Positions 57,078-64,000 of a DNA stretch of 64,000 bases are shown here, one piece after another. Origin of the DNA: Longimicrobiales bacterium (GTDB lineage: Bacteria; Gemmatimonadota; Gemmatimonadetes; Longimicrobiales; Gaopeijiaceae); the NCBI GenBank assembly GCA_041690395.1, contig JAWLHJ010000001.1:768001-832000 (forward strand), in the 5' to 3' direction. The notes beneath the pieces are model-generated. The model was not told the DNA's origin and ran no database searches. It worked only from the letters and a program-made list of their open reading frames with translations. Position numbers and translations under genes: made by a program. Each line of letters starts with the position of its first letter. Position 1 is the stretch's first letter.

Positions 57078-57476
57078 TCAGGATACTCCGAGCACCGCTT
57101 CCCAGTCGCCGGGCCGATGGAAGAGGACTTGCCAGTCACCTTCCTTTCGGATGGCCGCGAACTTCAACGACGTCGACGGCGCTTCGAAGTCGGGCCGGCT
57201 TTGTCTCAAGAGAAGTCGGACGGCGGACCCGATATGGCGGAGCAGCTCGTCATCGTCCCCTATGTTTCGGTAACCAGCAAGTAGAAGTCTAGGCGAAACG
57301 TAGCCCCATACCTCGTTAGGGTGGTCGTGAAAGTAGATGACTCCGTCCTCGACCCACCGCTTGGGGACGCCGGCCCAGTGGAGGCTCACCCCGAGGGCCG
57401 GAACCAACCTGGGGTCCGTCGCCCATGACGACAGAAACGACTGGCCTCGGGCTCTGGGGCTTTGCGGGAGGTCCAT
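57078..57476 (-). CDS. Hypothetical protein; start uncertain
   Basis: Globular-looking C-terminal part of the 233-aa ORF; no family recognised. Confidence 0.45.
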   Translation of the reverse strand: MDLPQSPRARGQSFLSSWATDPRLVPALGVSLHWAGVPKRWVEDGVIYFHDHPNEVWGYVSPRLLLAGYRNIGDDDELLRHIGSAVRLLLRQSRPDFEAPSTSLKFAAIRKEGDWQVLFHRPGDWEAVLGVS

Positions 57477-57754
57477 GCGGCTCTCGGTGCTCAGGGTGGA
57501 GTGGATAGCGGTAGGGTATCGATTCTCGGGGAGCCGGACGTCGAGCTCACCCCGCAGCACCCTTAGGATGCTGACTCTGGGGTGCTCCAGTTCACAGTGC
57601 TCCGAGGGAAAGGCGGGAAACGTTGGCTTCAGTCCCCCAACAACGGTTGCCAAGTGACCATGCTCCTGAAGTGAGGACGCGCTCGCATTCGGACTGCGAC
57701 GGCAGATGAACGACGTGCAGGGGCATGACCGCCTCAGGGATGGGAGTCGATTAG

Positions 57755-58135
57755 CTACCGCAACAAGCCTTCGGACCACAACGACGTCACCACGTCCATC
57801 TGGCCGTTCGGCTGCACTTCCTTCCCCTCCGTGGCGATCCGCCAGAGCCTGCTCGGCGCCCCAGCAAGCGCAGGGTCGGAGCGGAGCGCGTCCGCCGCTC
57901 GCTCAGCATAGCGCGAGTTGTGTGTCGCTCGCGTATAAGAACCGGCACGTACACCCCGTACGGCTCCCGTTCCGCAGAGGCCGAGGAAGGTCGTGCGGGG
58001 GCATACCTTCGCTCGGGACGAGGGGGCAAGAAGAAGCCGGCCGGCGGCCTCCCTCCACGCTTCGTCCGGTTGCGTGAACGTTCGGCCGCTCAGGAGTCTA
58101 GCGGCCATCTTTGCGACTTCCCCGTACTGTCCCAT
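57755..58135 (-). CDS. DUF6979-type protein
   Basis: MGQYGEVA, P..AW..AA, K.CPR.TFLGLC..G.VRG, N..YA, NGQMDVV; AAGGA SD. Confidence 0.7.
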   Translation of the reverse strand: MGQYGEVAKMAARLLSGRTFTQPDEAWREAAGRLLLAPSSRAKVCPRTTFLGLCGTGAVRGVRAGSYTRATHNSRYAERAADALRSDPALAGAPSRLWRIATEGKEVQPNGQMDVVTSLWSEGLLR

Positions 58136-58178
58136 GTGGATTCCTTTGCTGAGCGCTACGCGAAGGCGTGCCTATTAC

Positions 58179-59315
58179 CTAATCCGCGGTCTGAGATGGA
58201 AAGTGGGTCCTTCGCGTCTCTTCAATGATCCAATCGAATACCTCGAGGAGCGCATCCACCTGGCCATTTCCCATATCGGAGAACCTTATGCCTGGGTACT
58301 TCGCATCCGATTCGATCGCGACCCCTGTGGCGGACTCTACCTTCTCAAGTAGAGCGAGCTTCTTCGGTGGTTCATCGAACGGGGGTTTCATGGAGGGCAG
58401 TTGGAGCTGGACATAGGAATTTTGGGTGCCGCTCCGGAACGCTGCTGTGTACTGAGGCGTAGTCGCGTCGATGTCGAACTGCGGGTAGAAGGATGCCTCA
58501 GATGAGCCGGACCCCCACCATAGGCGGAGCCCTCGGGTCTCGGCCCATCTCAGCACATGCTGAATAACCGGAATGTCCTCTGGCCGGTTACGGTCTCGCA
58601 GAAAGGAGATGAGTGAGGCCTGATCCCATGTGGTCTTTCCACCCGGCGCCTTTCGGCGTTCAGCCTCAGCGGTGGCCCCGACAACGACAGGCACTAGTGA
58701 CTGAACGGACTCCCCCTGATACTGCCGCATCTCGATTCCCAAGACTTCAGCAGGATCCATCTGTTCGTTGAGGAACTCGATGATCCGCCTCAGCTCCATT
58801 GGAATGCGATCTGCGACAAACAGCAGCCGGATCCGTCCCGCCTGCAGGTTGGTCTTGACCGTTTGCCAGAACTCATCTGCTGAGCGGTCAGGGCCCAAGA
58901 AGTCCTGGACGACCGACTCGGGGTCCCTGCCAGACGCGGTGATGGTCTGCTCAAGGTCCAACCTTAGTCTTTCGAGAGGCCAGTACACGACGGCATTGGC
59001 CGCGTAGTCCAGCAGCTGACCGACGACTTCCCGCCGAATACGGGTATCGGAACGCCGCTTCACCTCAACCAGCGTTGGAATTCCAGCCGAATCCAGGAAA
59101 AGGTGGTCCAAGGACCATCGGTTCACGCCATCCGCCTCGCCGGGGATCCCAGCCTCTCGCTTGACCAGGAGCAGCTGTGCTCCGCTGCCGGCACCGTGGA
59201 GCAGTCGCGGATACCGTTCAAGGAGACCTTGGAGGAGGTCCTCGGTGGCGTAGCCAGCGGAATTGAGTTCCGCGAGGGAGCCGTCCGGTCGGACTAGGAA
59301 GACGGTATCAGACAT
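58179..59315 (-). CDS. NucS/EndoMS-like PD-(D/E)XK endonuclease domain protein
   Basis: EDLLQ.LL..YP.LL, REAG, WSLDHLFLD..G.PTLVEVKR, REVVGQLLDYAAN. Confidence 0.8.
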   Translation of the reverse strand: MSDTVFLVRPDGSLAELNSAGYATEDLLQGLLERYPRLLHGAGSGAQLLLVKREAGIPGEADGVNRWSLDHLFLDSAGIPTLVEVKRRSDTRIRREVVGQLLDYAANAVVYWPLERLRLDLEQTITASGRDPESVVQDFLGPDRSADEFWQTVKTNLQAGRIRLLFVADRIPMELRRIIEFLNEQMDPAEVLGIEMRQYQGESVQSLVPVVVGATAEAERRKAPGGKTTWDQASLISFLRDRNRPEDIPVIQHVLRWAETRGLRLWWGSGSSEASFYPQFDIDATTPQYTAAFRSGTQNSYVQLQLPSMKPPFDEPPKKLALLEKVESATGVAIESDAKYPGIRFSDMGNGQVDALLEVFDWIIEETRRTHFPSQTAD

Positions 59316-59356
59316 CGTGATGCGGTGCTCTCACCGGTGCAGAGGTTGGTGGCTTT

Positions 59357-59905
59357 TCAGGCGCCATTGGTGGCGGCCGCCCGCTTCTTGGAGATGAGGG
59401 TCGCCACCTGATCATGTAGGGGAAGAAATGCCTCGAGCAGGAACTCGATGAAGATGAAGTGATAGACCCCCCCTTCATCCCTGTCGGACCGAACGGAGAA
59501 GCCCCAGGGGCGGGCCGTTTCGGACCCCACGGGCCCCTCCGCCATCTCGATATCTCGGTGGATCTTTAGAAAGTCAGAATGGATCAGCCGTCCCAGGACA
59601 AATGCTATCGATACGTCCTGCTCTTCTTCTTCGTGTTCCGACCCTTCGACACCCTTGTGAGCGCGTATGCCGCGATCGTAAAGCTTTGATTGATCAAAGC
59701 CTATTCGACTGGCTAGCTCGAAGCATTTCCTCGTATGATACGCGAAGTTGTGTAGGAGGTCGGCCAGCTGCTCGTCTTGCCGTTCTGCCAAGTGGTGCAG
59801 CCGTGATTCGATCCCTACGCGAGAGGTAGCTAAGGCCAGAATCAAGCTCGCCTGCTCATAGGCCTTGGACCTGTATTGGTCCGCGCCCAAGATTTCAATT
59901 GCCAA
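59357..59905 (-). CDS. Hypothetical protein (low GC)
   Basis: AGGAG SD + TTG; 182-aa ORF. Confidence 0.6.
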   Translation of the reverse strand: MAIEILGADQYRSKAYEQASLILALATSRVGIESRLHHLAERQDEQLADLLHNFAYHTRKCFELASRIGFDQSKLYDRGIRAHKGVEGSEHEEEEQDVSIAFVLGRLIHSDFLKIHRDIEMAEGPVGSETARPWGFSVRSDRDEGGVYHFIFIEFLLEAFLPLHDQVATLISKKRAAATNGA

Positions 59906-60153
59906 CTATCTATTCTCCTATGTCAAAAAGTCGTTTCTCTCCGCCATTCCCCGTTTAGCCAACCGATTTGCTGAACCAACCAACGGGTCGGCGCGTACGA
60001 TGCAGGCCGCCCACCATAAACGCCCGCACCGACTTGGTACGATGAGGCCGTTCCCGGCGAAGTGCGTGTGGGCCGATGAGTCGGGTGAGAGAATAGGGAA
60101 GGGGTGCGACAACGGCCAGCGAGTGGGTTAGCTCTTCCCACCTCAATGCATCC

Positions 60154-60950
60154 TGGCGGCAACCCCCTTCGAGGCCGCCGGCGAGCAGGACGTCCTGAAG
60201 CAGAACACCGGACGGCAGGCCGCCGTCGTGCGCGAGCTCGCGGAGTGGCACGAGCAGTACGAAGGCTCCCTGGCTCGGCTCGAGCGGGACCGGGGCGCAT
60301 GGAGCCGCCTGCGGCGGAAGGTCGCCGAGACCGTGCGCCTCGAGTTCCTCTACGAGAACCTGGACCGGGGATCGGTGATCCGGCTGGAGCCCGGCGTCGC
60401 GTACTGCTTCCGGGCGTTCTATCCGCTGATCACGGACATGATCGAGGGCGCCTGGTCGCACTTCGTCCAGCGCCTGAACCCCGCCAGGCTCGGGCAGGTC
60501 GTCGAGCTCCGAAGCTTCCTGTTCGGAGGAGATCGTGCGGCGCTCCACGCGCAGCGGCGGCTCCTCCGGGACGTCCAGGAGGGGCGGTGCTTCTACTGCC
60601 GCGGCCCCATCCGGAGCGGCGGCCATGTCGATCACTTCATCCCGTGGAGCCGCTATCCCCTGGACCTCGGGCACAACCTCGTCCTCGCGCACGACCGCTG
60701 TAACGAGCGCAAGTCGCACGTGCTCGCGGCCGAGGAGCATCTCAGACGGTGGGTCGAGCGGAATGCGGGGCTCGGCGGGCAGCTCGCGGACGCGTTCGAG
60801 GAGCGGGGGATCTTGCACGACCTCGGCGCCACGAACCGGGTGGCGCGGTGGGCGTACGGACAGGTGGAGAGCGCGGGTGGGCAGGTGTGGGTGGCGGGGG
60901 GTGAGTTGCGGGAGCTGGGGGCGGGGTGGCGGGAGGTGTTTGGGGGGTGA
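60154..60950 (+). pseudogene. HNH endonuclease, N-terminally truncated
   Basis: CFYC, HVDHFIPWSRYP, NLVLAH..CN..K; coding-like sequence (VLKQNTGRQAAV) extends upstream of the called GTG to an abrupt junction with low-GC DNA; in-frame stop at 60129. Confidence 0.7.
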
Positions 60951-61022
60951 GGCGCATTGCGCCATCGCGCTGCCCCGCACGACCCGACAGGCTTTTCGGG
61001 TGCTTTCTGCCTGTGTACGAGA

Positions 61023-61042
61023 GGTTCCATATATGGTACCAT
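61023..61042. promoter_or_regulatory. Probable hicAB operator
   Basis: Overlapping palindromes GGTTCCATATATGGTACC (near perfect) and ATGGTACCAT (perfect). Confidence 0.55.
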
Positions 61043-61101
61043 TATCATCGCGCTGCCGGAGACTGCTAGCCGCGATCGATGAGATGGAGGCCGGTCGATG
61101 A
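61033..61101 (+). pseudogene. hicA: Collapsed HicA toxin remnant (22 aa)
   Basis: MVPLSSRCRRLLAAIDEMEAGR; stop overlaps the hicB start (ATGA); resembles fused N- and C-termini of HicA. Confidence 0.55.
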
Positions 61102-61442
61102 ACGACATGCAATACTCCGCCCACATCGTGTGGAGCGCCGCGGATGGCGGGTACATCGCAACCGCGCCGGAGCTGGAGGGTGTCTCGGCGTTCGGTGAGA
61201 CGCTGGAAGACGCCCTGACCGAGCTCGGCGTCGCTCGGGACGTCTGGCTGGAAGAGTCGTGCGCGTCGGGCCGTGATTTGCCGGCACCGCTGACCCTCCC
61301 CGGCTACAGTGGCCAGTTCCGTCTTCGACTGCCGCGATCGCTGCACGGCTGGCTGGCGGCGCGAGCGGACGTCGAGGGCGTGTCGCTCAACACGCTGGTT
61401 GTGCAGCTGCTGTCCGAGGCGCGTGGGAAGCGCTCAGCCTAA
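61098..61442 (+). CDS. hicB: HicB antitoxin
   Basis: WS..DGGYIA..PELEGVSAFGETLEDAL, YSGQFRLRLPRSLH..L..RA..EGVSLN. Confidence 0.92.
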   Translation: MNDMQYSAHIVWSAADGGYIATAPELEGVSAFGETLEDALTELGVARDVWLEESCASGRDLPAPLTLPGYSGQFRLRLPRSLHGWLAARADVEGVSLNTLVVQLLSEARGKRSA

Positions 61443-61571
61443 GATCGGCCCGAAGCGTCGACTCATCCTGCCATCCCTCCGGCCCACCCTTCCGGGCATC
61501 GTTTCGAATCCGCCGGGGGCCGCGCCACGCCGGGACCTGGATATTCGAACTTCGGGTAGTAGGGGCGTCAC

Positions 61572-61832
61572 GTGCCTCGCATCAGCGAGTTCTTCGGCAT
61601 CGTCGTGACGATGTACTACAATGACCACGCCCCGCCACACTTCCATGCGAAGTATGCGGAGCATGAGGTGACACTGGAAATCGACACGCTGGACGTGCTC
61701 TCCGGGGAGCTGCCCCGACGGGCGACGGCGTTGGTCCGGGAATGGGCTGCCATGCATCGAACCGAGTTGATGCAGGCGTGGCGAGCCGCTCGGAACGGTG
61801 AGCCACTGGAGTCGATCCCCGGGCTCGAGTAG
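61572..61832 (+). CDS. DUF4160 protein (putative TA component)
   Basis: MPRISEFFGIVVTMYYNDHAPPHFHAKY..LVREWA..H..EL..W..I.GL. Confidence 0.9.
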   Translation: MPRISEFFGIVVTMYYNDHAPPHFHAKYAEHEVTLEIDTLDVLSGELPRRATALVREWAAMHRTELMQAWRAARNGEPLESIPGLE

Positions 61833-61855
61833 GCAACAGAACAGGAGGTGCCAAC

Positions 61856-62113
61856 ATGGTCCGAGTCCAATCGGTGAAGCCCCTGGAGGGCTTCCGTCTC
61901 GAAGTCCGGTTCACGGACGGGACGGAACGAGTCATCGATGTGGAGCGGTACCTCCGCGGACCGGTCTTCGAGCCGATTCGGAGCAGCCGAGCGCTCTTCG
62001 AGGCCGTATTCGTCGATTCCGACCTCGGCGTGGTGGTCTGGCCGAACGGAGCGGACATCGATCCTGACGTCCTGTACGGGACGCACGAGCCAGCGTGGAT
62101 GGGGGAGTCCTGA
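61856..62113 (+). CDS. DUF2442 protein (putative TA partner)
   Basis: V.PL.GFRL.V.FTDG, GPVFEP, VVWPNGADIDPDVLY; AGGAGG SD. Confidence 0.9.
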   Translation: MVRVQSVKPLEGFRLEVRFTDGTERVIDVERYLRGPVFEPIRSSRALFEAVFVDSDLGVVVWPNGADIDPDVLYGTHEPAWMGES

Positions 62114-62118
62114 CCCTC

Positions 62119-63384
62119 TCACTCCCCCGTCCGCCTGATCCGCTCCTTCGCCAGATGCCGGCTCCGGCGCGCCTCCGCCGCCCGCTGCTTCATGTACTTG
62201 ACGTCCGCCGCGTCGACCTCGCCGGTTTCGAAGCGCGCCTCCATGGCCTCCAGGTCGCGCAGCTCCTCGCTCACCTCGGCGTCGAGGTACGCTGAGCTGC
62301 CGAGTTCCCGGACCGCCCGCTGGAGCGTCTCGCTCCCACCTCGGTAGTCGCCGCGCCGCTCCGCCTCGAGGGCCTCTTCGCGGGCCCGGGCGGCCTCGAG
62401 CAGGAGCACTTCCTTGCGGACCTCGGGCTCGACCTTGCCGCCGGCCTCGGGCGACAGGGTGATGGGGAGCGTGAGCGTCTGCTGCTCCACGCCGCCCCCT
62501 GGGGTGAGCACCTGGGCGACCACCTCGACGTCCGCCACGTGCGCCTCGCCGTCTCCGGTCGCATCGGGCTCGAGCAGGATCTCGAGGAGGACGCGGCGGG
62601 GCTCGCGGGCGTACAGGTCCCCGACCTCGAGGGTGAGGTCACGCCCTTCCGAGTGACTCGGGTACTCGTGGAGCACCTTCATGGCGCCGGCGCCATGGCC
62701 GGGACGGACGCGCACCCGCACGTTCTGCGCGACGAGCGAGAGGAGCCCTTCGAGCTCTTCCTCGAACACTCCGGATGCCTGGTCGGCGTGCTCGACGTAG
62801 TAGGCGGATCCCCGCCCGGCATCGGCCATCGCCCGCAGGAGGTCCTCGTCGAAGTGGGGTCCGAACCCGATGGTGGTCGTGGTGATCCCCTGTTCCGCGC
62901 TGATCTGGCAGAGGCCTTCCAGCGCCTCGGACTGGGTGATGCCGCGATTCGCCTGGCCGTCCGTGAGCAGAAGGACGCGGTTCACGCCGTCCCGTCGCCG
63001 GTACTCGGCCACGAGCTCGCGGCCCCGCAGCCAGCCGCCGCTGAGGTTCGTGGCGCCGCCGGGCCCGATGGCGCGGATACGCTCCGCGACGTCGAGCTGC
63101 GCCTCTCCCGTCGCCGGATGGGCCACGACCCGCACCTCGTCGTCGTACGCCACGACGCTCACCACGTCCTCCATGCGGAGACGCCGCACCAGCATGACCG
63201 CGGCCTCGCGCGCGGCCTGCAGCGGCGGGCCGCTCATCGACCCCGACCGGTCGATCACGAGGGACAGATTGAGCGGCGTCCGTCCCTCATCCTCCGGGGG
63301 ATCGCCTTCGATGCGGAGCAGGGCCCGGACGAAGAATCCTCCGTCGGCGACGGGCTCGTGGTCCAACAGCACGCTGGTCTTCAT
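62119..63384 (-). CDS. von Willebrand factor A domain protein
   Basis: PLNLSLVIDRSGSM MIDAS motif, GATNLSGG, LLLTDGQAN, TTIGFG. Confidence 0.92.
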   Translation of the reverse strand: MKTSVLLDHEPVADGGFFVRALLRIEGDPPEDEGRTPLNLSLVIDRSGSMSGPPLQAAREAAVMLVRRLRMEDVVSVVAYDDEVRVVAHPATGEAQLDVAERIRAIGPGGATNLSGGWLRGRELVAEYRRRDGVNRVLLLTDGQANRGITQSEALEGLCQISAEQGITTTTIGFGPHFDEDLLRAMADAGRGSAYYVEHADQASGVFEEELEGLLSLVAQNVRVRVRPGHGAGAMKVLHEYPSHSEGRDLTLEVGDLYAREPRRVLLEILLEPDATGDGEAHVADVEVVAQVLTPGGGVEQQTLTLPITLSPEAGGKVEPEVRKEVLLLEAARAREEALEAERRGDYRGGSETLQRAVRELGSSAYLDAEVSEELRDLEAMEARFETGEVDAADVKYMKQRAAEARRSRHLAKERIRRTGE

Positions 63385-63431
63385 GGCGCCTCCCTGGATG
63401 CGGTCTGGATGTCGGGAGGCGGGAAGCTAGG

Positions 63432-64000
63432 TCAGGGGTGTGACAGCATCCCCCGCGCGACCTCCATCGCCAGCGCCCGCACGTCGTCCGGCTCCAGGAT
63501 CTCGGCGTCGGCGCCGTACTGGAGGGCGTGGCTCACGGCCCAGCGCGGGTCGGCGACCCGGTGTCGTACGATCAGGCTGCCATCCTCGCCGTCCTCGACC
63601 GCTGCTTCGCTCCAGAACGCACGCTCCCGGATCCAGCGGGCGATCCGCGGCGAGTACCGCACGCACACCTCTCGCTCCCGCTCGGTGTGGAAGACCCGGC
63701 CGCCCTCGACGTAGGTGCCCGGGTCGAACTCGGCCGGGACGTCGAACCGCCCGTCGGCGAGGTCCGCGGCGACGATCCGGTCGATGCGGAACACCCGGAT
63801 CCCCTCCTCCAGCGTGCAGTGACCCACGGCGTACCAGGCACCCTCTCCGTAGGCGATGGCGTACGGGTGCACGACGCGCACCTTCTCCTGCCGCGCGCCC
63901 GACTTCACGTACGAGATGGCGCAGGGTCGACGGTCACGCGCACCGGCCAGGAGCACCTCGCGGATACCCTCCGGGTCGGGGTCGCGGTCGGGTGCGGCGA
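63432..64000 (-). CDS. WYL/WCX domain transcriptional regulator (5' end outside the window)
   Basis: I.Y..R.VHPY..WYAVGHC..RVFRIDRI, LQYGADAEILEP; frame is open to the window end. Confidence 0.9.
   Translation of the reverse strand, partial: AAPDRDPDPEGIREVLLAGARDRRPCAISYVKSGARQEKVRVVHPYAIAYGEGAWYAVGHCTLEEGIRVFRIDRIVAADLADGRFDVPAEFDPGTYVEGGRVFHTEREREVCVRYSPRIARWIRERAFWSEAAVEDGEDGSLIVRHRVADPRWAVSHALQYGADAEILEPDDVRALAMEVARGMLSHP

Noticed and set aside
57546..57588. Imperfect hairpin as an ncRNA
   Set aside because: Single copy with several bulges and no recognisable family; expected by chance at this GC content.
56640..60150. Integron cassette array
   Set aside because: Small co-oriented genes are present, but I found no RYYYAAC..GTTRRRY attC structures and no integrase.
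1..64000. Numerous Arg/Pro/Ala-rich overlapping ORFs in the six-frame track; tRNA/rRNA genes
   Set aside because: The ORFs are typical high-GC alternative-frame or antisense shadows without motifs; no tRNA or rRNA signatures were noticed by eye (tRNAscan-SE/Infernal not run).

Overview
High-GC bacterial DNA. The many acidic lipoproteins, TolB-like/TPR protein, DUF4382 and carboxypeptidase-regulatory-like repeats suggest Gemmatimonadota, which is an inference only. About 1-21 kb holds housekeeping and envelope genes: egtB, lipoproteins, hydrolases, a Tat-exported GMC oxidoreductase pair, ferritin, a PQQ-type sugar dehydrogenase, a PAS hybrid kinase and a HerA-like ATPase. About 21.5-62 kb is increasingly accessory, and from about 28 kb it forms a defence island: six toxin-antitoxin loci (two broken), a UvrD helicase-nuclease, McrBC, three HNH nucleases (two truncated), an ArdC/ImmA-like peptidase and a 16.7 kb six-gene overlapping operon. 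That operon is DISARM-like: DrmD-type SNF2, a large N6-adenine methylase, and a 2010-aa DEAH/DUF1998 helicase fused to a nuclease and a LexA-type S24 peptidase. Inserted between methylase and helicase is an ABC-type ATPase (DUF3696) + PIN nuclease + ATP-dependent RNA ligase trio. This is the best candidate for an undescribed system: a PrrC/PARIS-like RNase back-up that may carry its own RNA repair enzyme. Two non-coding repeat families are also present. One is a 178-bp inverted-repeat-bounded element in two copies, each holding two CRISPR type I-E-like hairpins 61 bp apart. The other is a set of REP-like TCGTTCGA-N3-TCGAACGA doublets. Several genes carry small internal deletions. No rRNA, tRNA, integrase, transposase or cas genes were recognised. 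All family assignments come from motif recognition by eye, not from database searches.
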